This document shows positions 1 to 13,330 of a stretch of 64,000 bases of DNA, in pieces (the first letter of the stretch is position 1; each line of letters starts with the position of its first letter). Position numbers and translations under genes: made by a program. Source of the stretch: Eledone cirrhosa (lineage: Eukaryota); the NCBI GenBank assembly GCA_964016885.1, contig OZ024742.1, positions 94,612,001-94,676,000 of the forward strand, in the 5' to 3' direction. The notes beneath the pieces were generated by a model that was not told where the DNA came from, made no database searches, and saw nothing but the letters and a program-made list of their open reading frames with translations.

Positions 1-1248
1 AGGATGAAATTGAGATTAAAAAGTTTTATGATAGAGAGAAAAAATAATAATAATTGCGGATGAATATTCTAACGTCAAAAAAACAAATGTATATGTTATG
101 AAGGATTTTACAAGGTGAAGATAGAAAGAGGGTAATGAGTAAACAAGTATTATAGAGTGTATAATGCCCTTTGAAGTAAGGTAGGAAGATGGGTATATTT
201 TAAAGAGGTGTATGTATATGTGCCTTTGAGAAAAGATTCTAAATTGATAAAGAATTGGATATTAACTGTATACTTTGTGAAAAGTCCTATGGAATTTATG
301 CAGGCAGATAGAAAACAAATCTGTACGTCTATTTATTATAGAATCTAGGTTAGAGATAATGGTAAATTTTTCATTTAGGCAGAGATTACAGATTTTAGAT
401 AGAGAGCTGTTCAAGTATGAGGATGCAGAAGAAACCTTCTTCCAAAAGATGGTATATTTAATGTTTTTGTCTTTCAAGGACCATATGAGTTCTGAGAGAG
501 CCGTGTTGGTTCTTTTAAGTTTGTATTTGAAAGATGAATGATGATTGTAGAGACGAGCTTTAAAAGAGGTGGAAGTGGAGCCAAAATAGGTGAAGGAATT
601 GGTGCTAGTTATAACTTTACATTCATAAATTAAGTTTTTATCGAGACAATGGTTGTTGAGAGGACATTTATTTTTAATGCGGCAGTTGCAATTAGAGAGA
701 TTATTAATGAGTGACCTAGTGTTATCTATAGAAGGAATTAGATTGGAGAAGTTGTTTGCGTTAGGAATAATAGGAATAATAGTTTCTTGATTTAGAGTTG
801 GATTATGAACATATAGCGAAGTTGTGTTTGACGTTGTATTTGGGTTTACAAAAGTTAGCCTAGGGTTTACAATGATGTCGGGAGTACTATTACTGTTATT
901 ATGAAATTCAATGTTGGAAGGAAGAGATTTAGTATTTAGTATTTTATTGTTGTGTTTAGAGATTATGTTGGAAATATTGGAGGATGTAGAATAGGAAAAT
1001 TTGATGGTGTGTTTGGTAAATATTTTACTATAGATATGTGAGGGAGGGAAGCATTTATTTAAGGCACTAAAAAATAATTTAGGAATATTGTTATTAATAG
1101 AGATGGAGAAAGGAGCATTATACCAGATTATGTTTTTGTATCTAGGTCTTTTATTAAAATTATTGGAATGATCATGATTAATTATTCTACTGTAAGTTTT
1201 TCTAGAATTTGTTTCTTTACTATATATGATTTTATCTGGATAGCCGGC
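1..1248 (-). mobile_element. 5'-truncated Penelope-like element: RT C-terminal/linker region and GIY-YIG endonuclease, plus 3' non-coding part
   Basis: Hand translation shows a stop-free frame 1248..262 (the ORF track starts it only at 477): NIIWYNAPFS...KCFPPSHIYSKIFTKHTIKFSYS...IISKHNNKIL...CNCRIKNKCPLNNHCLDKNLIYECKV...TYFGSTSTSFKARLYNHHSSF...CNLCLNEK...INRRTDLFSICLH. This is the PLE linker and GIY-YIG pattern. Confidence 0.85.
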
Positions 1249-1559
1249 TTATATATATGCATTTGGGTGTTCCATTTTGCAAAGTATTTGCAAATCATCT
1301 TCTGTTCATTACGCATGTGTTCGAGTTGATGAAATAACGATCTATACCATATTGTATGTCAATCAAATAATATTTAGATGTTGCTCATTTTCACACCTTT
1401 TTTTTTTTTTTATTTATGACAATATTTTGGATCTAGCCTATCGTATATTGTCCTTCCTGTTCACTTTATTGAACCAACACAGTAGAATGAAATTAAATGA
1501 AAATAAGTAGGTGGAATACATTCTAAATACGCAATAATATTCTGGTTTAAGAGATAAAC

Positions 1560-3700
1560 ATTTTTAATGAATTACATTTGTAGCCGGAAACATCCTTTTG
1601 TCCTCTGAGACACTTGTTTCTTTTGCTCTGCAACAATTTTTAAGAGGAACAGTTTTTGATTTTCATCCTTTGTAGAAACATTTATCTCTTTATGAGATAA
1701 ATACCCCACTCAACAGTGTCATTCACAACTTTCAAAGCATCAACAAATGCTTTGATATTGCTGTAAGTGTTAAAATCCAAATTTTTCTTCATAACAAGTC
1801 AGTCAGTTCCTTGTTGTTGAAAGTTATTCCTTTTCACTTCACCTTCTTTATCACCTTTTGTTTTTTTCTTTGATTAGAATTTGGAACATTTTATCTTCTT
1901 ATCCAGTCCAAGTCTTTTGTCAAAGAATGTCAATGCTACTAACTTTTCTGACAAGTGCTACAAGTAGCACTGAAGGACTGTCTCTGTCATGGTTCTGATC
2001 AGTTGGCCAGAATACATTGGTAGCAGCTTCATTAAATTGTGAGCTTCTTCAGAGCCCATCTGGGAACAATTGCTACATTCCAGGATTTTATATACACCAA
2101 AGTCCCAAAGTATTTGACTTTTTATAGATCTTTCAATTTACGTGGTGTAAATTTTAATTGTTCTTTAAAGAGAACTATCTTAATCAAATATATGACCACT
2201 GCCATCCAACGAGCCTGGTGGTAAGCTCCTGTAACTGAGAAGGAGAACTGGGGAGATGGCCAACCACCAAGGTAGAGAAGGGAGAGCTCTATGAATTCAG
2301 CATAATCTTCTTGAGGATAACCAGAACGCAGTACAGTCAGTAACTATTCTACCGTCACCTCCTTCTTTTGCTTGTAAACATATTCCATGGGCCCATCTTC
2401 ATCCAGGATAGTTTGATGAGATTTATCGATGGAGTCTCAACGTTCTTGGAACTTTTTGAACAGTGGAATACCTGGACTAGATGATGGGTAAAAGATCTCA
2501 AATACTTTTCTCATCACCAGTTCAAGAATGTGATAGTGGCAAGCCAGCCACAAGATGGATCTTTTCAGAGCTGCGTTAATGTTTGTATTGGCTCCATAGT
2601 GATTTCCAGTGTTACTGGTGGTGGGGTCAAAGAATATACCAATTAATTATTCTATCCTCAACTTTGAGCATTTGAATTTCATTCAAAACGACTTCAGCCA
2701 CTTGTTATCTGGTTTTATCTTAAGCAATTGGAAGACATAAGAGCTCCTCCCTTCCCTTTCCTGCAATCTGATATTCGATGTGTTGGATTGGGCAGCTGAT
2801 GGTAGTAATCCTCCATCTTACTGGAGGACTAACCAGAATCTGTCTTCAGGTAAGAAAGTGGATATCTCAATTTTCTGAGCCATCTTCTCATGGTGACTTG
2901 CTCAATAAGCAGTTGAAGAGAAATTGAGAGTTCAGACACATTATTACTAAGGCTTTTCACAATTGTGGTGTAAGAAGTACTTGCTTGTTGTACTGCTAGG
3001 TTCTTCTGTTCCCCCGTGGCAACAAGAATGTCACATCAGATTTATACACAGTGATTTTTGGCGTGGTGCTGACTATGAGATTTCATCATCATCAACACTA
3101 ATGAGCAGGTTGATAAAATTTCAAGAGATACTTTCTCGGACATTTTGACTTCTTCATCCTGATTTCTCTTTCTTACTTTCATACTTTGAATCTTCATTTC
3201 CTTCTTCAGAATGGTTCTCATGTTCTGCATCAACACCAGTCAGGAATGAAGACATCCAATCTTTCTTCTGTACCTCAGGGAAAGATTTGTCTTGAGATTG
3301 GACTTCCTTTCTTTTGAGAATGTCCTGTCTTGCAATGTCAACATTTCCTTGAGATCAGCTTACCAAATCTCACGCTTTGCAATTATATTGTCTGTCAGCC
3401 TTGACATTTCTTTTTTCAATAATTGATACAATTTCTCGATTGAAGTACGGATGTTTTTTCCATTTTGGTAGGGGCATTTGCTTTCCTTTACACTTCCTTG
3501 ATCTTCTGGTTAATGTTTTTATGGATACTGAAATTATCTCCCCTAGTTCAATGTGCAGGTATAGAAAAACACAAGAGCTTTTGTTGTTTGGAAAAGTGTT
3601 TGGAGTAAATACCCATCAGGCTTTTTCTCAAGCAGCCAAACGGTCTTTCTGGTTTCCATTTTTTTTATTCACTGTAAAAGATGAAAAGCAAAATCAACCA
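1560..3700 (-). pseudogene. Decayed hAT-superfamily (hATm-like) DNA transposase
   Basis: Minus-strand motifs in the expected order: FDPTTSNTG (~2630), ILWLACHYHILELVMRKVF (~2540), GAYHQARWM (~2215), LKVVNDTVE (~1720). Many stops and frameshifts; no TIRs identified. Confidence 0.7.
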
Positions 3701-4639
3701 ATCAATTTATTTTAACGAACTTTTAGAATCCATTCAGGATATGAAAAGCAAGGGTGAAGAAAATTATTTCATAACTTTATAACAAAGGAAGAAATTTGAT
3801 GGAAACCAACATATTTACTACTCACTAACAAAACCAGCACTGAAACCAAAATGCAATGAACTTTACATTAGAACCTTATTGATATCTCATTATTATGTTG
3901 AATTATCACAACAAATATTGAAAATCTCACCTTGTCAACATTATACAAAATACCTTATCTTTGTACGAAAAGGAAAAAAAATGACCAATGTAAAAATATT
4001 TCTACATACTTAGTTTAAGTTTATGGTTCATTTCTTTCTCCTTTAGGATCCTATAAATGGTAGAAACATTTCTTGTATGTACACAGTCGAAAATGGACAA
4101 AAATGCCACCTGGCTATAATAAAAATCTGTTGAAGTAATTTTTCCATTGTTATTTTTTTGGCTTAGCATTTAAAAAGCACCGAACTGTGCAATATCTAAA
4201 TTGTGCATGTGAGGTTTTTAAGTAAAATGAATTCAGGGCACAATTGGTATGAAGCAAAGTAACATACCTGCACCCATTCTGTTCTCAATCTAATTCCCCA
4301 TGCTGCTAATATATGCCTTCCAAGCAGTGGCGTAACTAGGGAATGGTAAGCATGGCTCATGCTATGGGTGCCATATGAAGAGGGTGCCACTTGGATTAGG
4401 TGCAGATTCTATTAAAGTCAAATAATCCTCATCATAGAGTGAAAAAAGAAACTCCTTCAGATGTATGATCTATCTTTGATTATCATGGGTGAGAACACTA
4501 TGGCGGCTGGATCATTAAACCATGGGGTTGCAATTTCACTGCTTGCCATAGGCGATATTTTCCCTGATTTTGACTCTGCTTCCAAGACTTCAAAATCAGA
4601 ATATACTTGCAATTGAGTACCTCAGGAAAAGTCTTTAAT

Positions 4640-5535
4640 CTATAAAGTTTTAACATCAAGTCACACAAATTTGGCACTTTTGTCAGGGCGTTCCTCTATG
4701 CTGATAATGCAGATTTTATGGAACACACTCTAGAGGATATGCAGTTGATATTAGACACCTTCTCCAATGCATGCATTTGGGCTAAATATTAACATGAAAA
4801 GAAAAAAGCCATGTACATTCCACCAATTTGGGAAGTGTATGTGGAGCCAGATATTTTCATGAGAGGAAAAAATTCAGGTGATTGACAGTTTGTGTATCAT
4901 GGAAGCACAGTTAGTAGAAGTGGTACCTTTGGGAAGTAAGTCTGGTCAGATTGGTTATCACAAGAGACATAAAGCTGTCTGTGTATGAGGCATCTGTTCT
5001 TACAAACCTGCTATAGCGATGCAAAATGTGGACTTACAGGCAGTTGGAAAGATTTCATTAGTATTGTATCCGATGCATTCTGAATATCAAGTGGTCCTCT
5101 TACACACCTGATGCTGATGTAGCTGAGAAAATGGGCAGTATTAAGATGAGGATTATTAGGAACCAGATATATTGGGCTGGTCATGTGCTCAGGATGGAAG
5201 ATGGAAAGTTGCCTGAACTGTTATTTTATGAGGAAAAATGCCACAACATAAAGAAAAGAAGCAGTTTAGGGATGTCCTAAAAGAAAATTTCTGAACATTG
5301 ATATAAAGAACTGTGAGATATTTATTGAAGGCCATACATCATGGAGAAAGAGCACCAAGTATGGATCTGAGGTCCTTGAGAAAAGGTGAGTGGAACAAGC
5401 TGCTTTGAAGTGTTCACTCTTTAAGCAGGTTCCAAGTACAGAGTCTGCAAAAATCCTGCCAGAATTAAGGTGCAATGTATGTGGCCGATTTCTTCTATCA
5501 ATTGCTGGATTTTTCAACTATCTGAATTCATAACT
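4640..5535 (+). mobile_element. Degenerate RTE/BovB-type LINE 3' fragment
   Basis: LYADNAD...DMQLILDTFSNAC (~4697), CIRCILNIKW, WAGHVLRMEDGKLPELLFYE (~5173), terminal CNVCGRF zinc-finger remnant (~5470). Confidence 0.7.
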
Positions 5536-5559
5536 CTCTATTCTTGTCTTAACAACAAG

Positions 5560-6340
5560 TCTGATACCTGATAAAGTTGAATTTGCAACTGATATTTCAT
5601 ATGACAGACAATCTGTTGTTGAATGGGGTAAGAATTGGCTTATTACCTTTAATCCATCTAAGACAAAACTGCTGTATTTTAATCACCATAGAGAACCAAT
5701 TTTGCCTTCTATTAGTATGTCTGATCATATCCTCCAAGAGGAACTCTATATATTTTCTTGGTCTGAAATTTTCGAGTGATCTGAGCTGAAGTGATAATAT
5801 TGTATCGATTGCCAAGTTTACAGCTCAGAAAGTTGGTTCAATTTATTGTGCAAAAACATTTTTCATGCCTGAAAATATCCTACATCTTTATAAATCTTCT
5901 ATTCATCCTTGTATTAAGTACTCTTACCACATCTGGTCTGGTGCTTCTGTTGTCCTCCTTGAGAGTTTAGATAAGATATACAAAAGAATCACTAACATTA
6001 TTAGTCCTGACTTATCATGTCAGCTTCAATCACTATCACACCATTTAAATGTTACTTCTCTTTGCCTTTTTTTTAATAAATTCATAGGAATTGTTCTGAT
6101 GAACATGCCTCTTTGGTTCCTCATCTTTATGAGTTTAAATGAAGCACCAGATTGGCAACTATATCTCATCCATTTACAGATAAAGTTCTTAAATGCAGTT
6201 GCAAATTCTATTCTGATAGTTTCTTCCCTAACACATCTCATTAAATGAAATTTTTCCAGATTTTTGCTTTCTTAACCATTATAATTTGCAAAATTCTAAA
6301 AAAAGCAGCATCAATCGTCATCTTTTGTATTTGTGAATTA
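5560..6340 (+). mobile_element. CR1/Zenon-like LINE 3' RT fragment
   Basis: VEWGKNWLITFNPSKTK, LGLKFSSDLS; ORF 5865..6248 LYKSSIHPCIKYSYHIWSGAS...LQSLSHHLNVTSLCLF resembles the C-terminus of CR1-clade ORF2. Confidence 0.65.
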
Positions 6341-7963
6341 TGTTCTCTCAGTCTTGTATTTCTCTCTTCTCAGTAATCCATTTCATATTAATGGCTTTAT
6401 TGCATTGCTTCGGGTAACCAAAATCATATATATATATATGATACAGCCACTTCTCTACAGACGAGGGCCATCCCTTCATATATATATATGGTGGCTGTTC
6501 TTTTATATATGAACAAGATCCTCACTACAGATATAAATGCTGCAATGTAGAGACAAAAGGACAAACTCGATACCACATATTTACATATTATTCAGCATTC
6601 TACCGCACTAACCAGTCAGCCACCTTCCCACTTTCAATGATGGTGGCTCATAAAAACTCTTTTTCTGTTATCTGTCTCCAATGTTTATCCTTCAGATTAG
6701 CGGTTGCTGATTAAATTCTCGGTCTATGCATCAATTGTTAATTTACCACTAAAGCTTCACCATACAATTTCCTCACCACCGTTCCTGTTTATCCTGAAAG
6801 ATAATTCCATTCCATCATATTCTATGCATTAGTTGCATCAAAAGAGACACATCTTTAGTTATTGTTGATATTTACAAAAACGCTCTCTTTTTTTCTGTTT
6901 TATTCTTTTTTGTTTTGTTTCGTATATTTTGTCCTTTTTGCCTAATTTATAAAAAAAAAAAGCCATTACTGTCAATTGTTCATTAGTTATTAATTGCTTT
7001 ACATTCAGATATTTTGCTGTTCAAAGCAAGCTCTCCAGTCATCAGAGAACATTGTGTTTATTTAATTGTGTTTATACCATGTATGAAGTGTATGCTGTAT
7101 AGCTAGTATATATATGTTACAAGAATGATGCTATATAGTTAGTATATGTTACAAGAACGGCTGCATTCTCACTGCCAATTTTCCTTCATATAGATTTTTA
7201 ACAAGCTCATATGCTCATCTTCAGTATCAGTCAGTGTTGTTCTGTGTGTGTGCCTGAGTGTGTGTGTCCTTTTCTTCTTTCTTTGCTTTCATATTTTTCC
7301 CCTTTTCTTTGTTGCTGTTTAGTATAGTAGACATCTGTAAATAGGACATAGATACATAGCCAGCCTTTGAAATCCATAGCTATCAGAAGCATTTTAACAT
7401 CCTTTTATGATATTAGCTTTTATGATAAAACTAAGATTAAATCTCATTGTTTGTTACACACTGTGTTCCCCAACAATTCCACTACAATGATTCACTTGCA
7501 GAAAGGTTTACAGTCAGAATCAAATCATTACATGAAATAATAGTCACTGTACAGTGATTTCAACACAAATGACCTTAATAGGGTTAATTCATTGTCAACA
7601 ATATTTACGGCTAAATCTATCATTACATGGTATGATATTTCCTGTAATATGCAGACTGCTAGACATTTAATATTAATACTAAGAATAATAGCTATAACAG
7701 TTAAATATAGTAGCAATCTCACAGCACTGTCATTGTGTGTCGTTAACAATGCCAACATTGTTGCAAGAATTCAGGCCATGTATTTGGTATAAGGATCAAT
7801 TCCTGACAGAGGCTCTGAGAAAAATAATGCTTGCTGTCCTACTGCTTCCGAGTAAATTAAAGAGAAGAAAAACGCTAGCTACCCTGTAATGTTATATATT
7901 CATAACAGGAGTTTCATATTGAATGATAATACTGATGCATGTATATCAAGTTCTCTCTCTGTG

Positions 7964-8005
<42 letters not shown>

Positions 8006-8487
8006 TCTCTATCTATCTATCTCTCTATTGAAGAAGAAATTGGTTGTGTTGATATCTGGAGAGTGATTCACTTCCACCAGGTCTATTATCTAATCACGGT
8101 CCATGGATGGCCATTCATGAATGGAAAATATAATTTAAATGGTGATGATATATATCATCATCATCATCAACATAATATATTGGCATTGTCTATGCTGGCA
8201 TGGGTTGGAAGGGACTACTGAGGCAGTGTCTTATGGCCAAATCCCTATCCTGATGTCAATCCTTTTAGTCACCTCTGACAATATGTAGGAGTAAGGTGTA
8301 CCTATTCTAAAAACTGGAATACATGTGGAGTCTATATATATATATATGTCTGGAACTAGCTGTTGAAATGGCAAGAGCTCAGCCGTCGGGTCCCGTCACT
8401 TTATAATATAACCATATTCTAAAACCCCAAGTATCAAGTACTTTGGTGAGGAATGGTCTAACCAGTTTCAAACTAAATCCATCCTGA

Positions 8488-9345
8488 TCATCATCATCAT
8501 CATCATCATTTTACGTCTGCTTTTCCCTGCTTGCAAGGGTGGGACGGGTCCTATTCAGCACAGCACCTCTCCACTTGTCATGGTCCTTCGTCATCTCTTC
8601 CGTCAGTTTCAGCGATCTGAAGTCTGCTCTCACCACCTCCGCCCATGTTTGTCGTTGTCTTCCTCTACTGCGTCTTCTTTCTACTGGGATTTCTTGGCAC
8701 TTCTTTACCCAGCGGTCATCCTCCATGCGCATCACATGTCCATACCATCGCAGTCTTCTCTCCTGCACACCACAACTTATCCCTCTTATACCCAGTTTCT
8801 TTCTCAACTCATCTATGCTTGGTCATTCGCACACATTGATATTGCACATCCATCGGAGCATGCCGGCTTCATTTCTGTCCAGCTGTCGCATATCCTCTGC
8901 AGTTGCTGCCCATGTCTCACTACCATGCAGCATCGTGCATCTCACACAGGTATCATATAACCATCCTTTCGTATGCAGGAAGAAACACTTATTTGTCAAC
9001 AGAGGAAGCAGCTCCCTAAACTTCTTCCAACCCGTCCTTATTCTAGATACTATGGCCTTGGAACACCCTCTTCCCATGCTAATCTGATCACCTAAGTACC
9101 GTAAGCTATCAACCACTTCTATAGAACCCACCTGAATTGGAAAAATGTGTCTATCACTGCGATTACTACTGCCAACTTTCCCTGTAGATCTACTGCATAC
9201 GTAGTTTTCCCTACCTGTTAGTTTGCCTGCTATCCAACTACATCTGTTGTGTACCCAAGATCTGCATTGCGTACATTTTATGGAATTTATGCCAGTTCCT
9301 TTTCTACATATCGAACATGGCCATTTTCCTGATGAAATCAGAGTA
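8488..9345 (-). mobile_element. 5'-truncated RTE LINE, subfamily B
   Basis: ORFs 8823..9440 and 8511..8807 (PHD-like Cys region, MLHGSETW, RRLRWYGHVMRM) are nearly identical to the 54-57 kb element; ends in (ATG)n tail. Confidence 0.9.
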
Positions 9346-9494
9346 TATATATATAATATATATATAAAATATATAGATTTACATATACATAAACTAAACA
9401 GAGCCATAGATATATATATATATGTGTTTTTGGCAACCATTCACGGTGTGGCTCAATGATGAATTAATTAATCAAATAATCAACAATCAAAGCA

Positions 9495-9934
9495 ATATAT
9501 AAGAAAGTAAGTCCATAGAATCATTTGATAAAATATATACAGTATTTCTCCTCCCAATCAGCATAATTAACCACACAAAAAATCAATTGAACAAGGCTAT
9601 AAGTTTAAAATGTACCTATGAAGAAACAATAAATAAATAAATGATAGCTATTTTATCTATGATCCACAGCCATAGAAGATTTACCCAGTATTTCTAATAG
9701 CCCGTAGAAATTGACTAGACACATAGCCAACCATACACAATTAGAAATACTGGATAAATCTTCTCTGGCTGTTGATTGCGGATAAAATAGCTATCATTTA
9801 TTTATCTATTGTTTCTTCATAGGTACATTTTTAACTTATAGCCTCGTTTAATTGATTTTTTGTGTGGTTAATTATGCTGATTGGGAGGAGAAATACTGTA
9901 TATATTTTATCAAATGATTTTATGGACTTACTTT

Positions 9935-9940
<6 letters not shown>
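9495..9940. repeat. Inverted repeat with ~200-bp arms and ~40-bp spacer, PLE pLTR-like foldback
   Basis: 9495-9698 is the reverse complement of 9740-9940 with few mismatches; related sequence at ~25590-25690. Confidence 0.85.
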
Positions 9941-9991
<51 letters not shown>

Positions 9992-10877
9992 GCAGGTTGC
10001 ACTCAAGTGCTACCTGTAACATGTTACCCAGTACAGCTTGTCTCAAGGTAGGTTGTTGGTGACTAAAGTGGTAACCCTACCAAGCTTGTTTGGTGGATAT
10101 TAGACACCCAGTGGTATAAAGAGTAAACCAAACAAAGTGCAAGGAACTCATGAGAGTCAATGTCCATCCAATAGAATGTACATATCTATGTATATATCTA
10201 TATCCCTGTGCATAATATATGCATATGTTTATGCATATATTATGCGCAGGGACATAGAAATATTCAGCCTAGTGTCTCAGTTTGCACTAAGCCTAATGGG
10301 AGTGAGAGAACCATGATCCTCATTATAATATCTCTCTATGATGAGGGAAACACTGATGTAAAATCTGCAGCTAAAATAGTAACCGATGATGTTGAGCTAT
10401 TCTTTATTTTCTAATATAGTTATTGTTAATCAGTGAGTGGAATTAGTCCAGCACAAGACCTTCGTTCACTATAAAAAGCTTCACGCACAAGCATCACTCA
10501 ATATCATGGGATCTTTGAATGATGTAAATGATTGACTGTAAACTTAAAAAGGGACTTGATCAAAGTTAACACCCAACATTTTATTATCGAAAGCAAACTC
10601 TGTGCATTAACAACTTAAGTCAATTGCAAGCTAGAAGAAACATATATATATATATATGAGATGTCAACATGAATGGACCTGTTATTTTTATCTAAAGAGA
10701 TTTTTTCCAATTCCACCCCGCTCGTCCCTTCAATTTATCTTATTTATCATTCCTTCTTCTGATAAAGGACTAGCTTCCAAAATGCTAAGACCTTGCTATT
10801 TTAAGCGTTAAACTAATATATTTCTTCCGCATACTGTACCGATTGTGTTGTTATTTCTATTTACCTTTTACATATAT

Positions 10878-10930
<53 letters not shown>

Positions 10931-10984
10931 TGCACATGCACATACAAACACACACACACACACATATATATGTATATACATATA

Positions 10985-11265
10985 TAACCTACTCTATACG
11001 ATTACTTGCTGTGGATGTCTGCAAAATTATATAGGACAATAGAAATTTCATTATACAAAAGAATGGCCAAACACCAACAACAAATCCATGATGAAAATAC
11101 AAGACAAATCCCCTTAAACAGCCACATTGCAGCATGTGCAATATTAGACATACCCTACTTCAAAATTGTCCTACTCTATCAATGCTCAGACTCTTTCACT
11201 CAACAAGAGTGAATAAATAAAGTAAAACAATTCATTAACAAATACAAATCACAATCAAATATGTA
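10985..11265 (+). mobile_element. Degenerate Penelope GIY-YIG fragment
   Basis: [17 protein letters not shown] / SLYKRMAKHQQQI...SHIAACA...FKIVLLY...FINKY aligns by eye with the GIY-YIG domain at 33865-34150. Confidence 0.75.
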
Positions 11266-11526
11266 ATTATTCCCCATTAGACAATAAATAGTGATCTATG
11301 GATGGGAATAACCAATTAACACACCTATATGCAAACACCTGTAACCATACACCCCTCCCCACACACACAAACACACACATCACAAAATAAAAGAAAAAAA
11401 ACATACCTCCAAAGAAACTTCAACTGAAGACTTTTTTTCTTTCCCTTTCACTCTTTCTCTTCTCTCTTCTTCCTCCATTTTCTATATTCATTTTCATTTT
11501 CATTACTCTTTTGTTTTTATTTTATA

Positions 11527-12440
11527 CTAGCAGTGGTACCCAGCGTTGCACGGGATAAGGTATTTTGGAACGCGGGCCGCCAATAGACCTAAAAACTGCA
11601 TGCCTGGACAATATGTAAAGAAAATAAACCGAATACTCTGATGGCTGGATAATCTTTAAGATTTTCCTCGATGAAGCAGGAAAAATACAGGATTTCACCT
11701 AATGCGGGCCCTAGGGGATCAAGAAATGAATTTTTTTCATGTGCATAATATACCTTGAAATTTCGGGAAAATCAGCTAGACGTAACGCCTCCAAAAAGCA
11801 CTAAGAAGCTGAAAAAATGAAGTTTTTCACCTAATGCGCGCCCTAGGCCATAAGAAAGTTGGATTTTCTTTGCTTGCGGTATGAAGAAGAGACTGACTAA
11901 TACATAGTTACAGTTTCAAGGAAATCCGTCTCACGTAACGCCTCAAAAAACCCCTAAAAATGTTAAACAACGCAGTTTTTCACCCAATGCGGGCCCTAGG
12001 AGATAAAAAAAAGTTGAATATGTTTATGTGCATAACACTCCCTGAAACATAAGTAATACACATGTAAAGTTTGAAAAGAATTGGTTGGGTACTTCTCGAG
12101 TTTTAGGGATTCACACACACACACACACACACATCCTCAAGAAAGTGACGTAATGCAGACAGCCAGTAATACAGATAGATAGTATAAGGGCGCGACGTTA
12201 TAAGTATGTATCTATCTAAAAAAAGAAAGACTAAGAATTATAGAGCGAGATCGCTAAATCTTCTAATGTGGTCCCTGGGGCATGGAAAATTTGAAATGTT
12301 TTTTGCACGGAACATTCCCTGAAACATAAGTATTACATGTGTAAAGTTTGAAAACAATCGGTTGGGTGGTTCTCGAGTTTTAGCGATTCGAAATCACACA
12401 CACACACACAGACAGACATCCTCAGTTTTATATATATAGA
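11527..12440 (-). mobile_element. Non-autonomous Helitron 1
   Basis: Minus strand starts TCTATATATATAAAA (12440), has a subterminal (TG)n/GTCT microsatellite, and ends with hairpin CCCGTGCAACGCTGGG then CTAG (11527) followed by T. Internal duplication 12040-12135 / 12315-12420. Confidence 0.8.
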
Positions 12441-13330
12441 CTAGCAGAAAACCACCCGGTGGCGGTTTTCTGCTAGCAAATATAGTGTATATACTGATAT
12501 TGTTGAGATTTGGATGAGAAATGTTTTCGGCACCACATGTTCACCGTCTCTCGGTGTGTCTTTTATGCATGTATAAATATATATGTTATCTATACGGTGA
12601 AATCTTTGAAATAAATATGTTAAAACGAAAAAGGAGAAAATAAATAACTGGCGGTTAGAAAAAAATATTCCTATGAAATTTTAATCATACCATTAGGTGT
12701 GAATAAGGAAATATTTTTGTATTGTCAAAACAAATGTTCAAAAGTTAAACTTCAATTTTTTGAATTATTTCCAATTTTTTCATGAAATTGAACACTGGAC
12801 ATTAGCTGCTGGAAATGGAAATTAAATCGTATTTAATTGTATTTAAATTTCTAACCTTATTTTATTATTTATATTTTTCAATAAGAAATAAAAAAAAAAA
12901 TAAAAAAAAAAATTGAAGAAAAAATTGGTTATGGAACTTCGCAATCTGATTAATAAATTACCTCATCAGCAGCAACCTTCTTCAAATGGTCCTTATTATC
13001 AACAGCAACAACCACAAATTCAATGGCAACCGTCTTCGCATGGTGTCAAGTCAGAACCGCCTCGAACTGGTTACTTCTGGCTTGTGCAAGGTGTCTCTAT
13101 AGCAACCAGCGATTCCCTCGGCCTCAGTGACCAAAGTCAGTGGAGAGGGGAAGGTAATGTTTCTGTAGCACGTGTTTTAGCGTCTATTCACTCTCTCTCT
13201 CTCTCTCCCTCTTTCCCTCCCGCTATCCCCCTCTCGTAGTCTGTCTCTTTGTTTCACTCTCTCTCTACGCACGTGTTTCCACTGTCGGACAGACAGACAG
13301 AGAAATTGCTGGTTATATATTATAAGTAGA
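12441..13330 (-). mobile_element. Non-autonomous Helitron 2
   Basis: Minus strand: A then TCTACTTATAATATATAA (13330), (CTGT)n near the 5' end, 3' GC-rich hairpin and CTAG at 12441-12444. Confidence 0.7.

Noticed and set aside
4325-4390. CAGTGGCGTAACTAG hAT-MITE-like terminus
   Set aside because: No matching second terminus or target duplication found.
10755-10790. HHR-like tctt CTGATAA aggactagcttcc AAAA tgc TA aga near the GIY-YIG fragment
   Set aside because: Two core positions (G8, G12) are mutated; at best a dead remnant.
12913-13239. Gln-rich 108-aa ORF inside Helitron 2 as a captured gene
   Set aside because: TTG start within an A-run, low complexity, and no recognisable domain.
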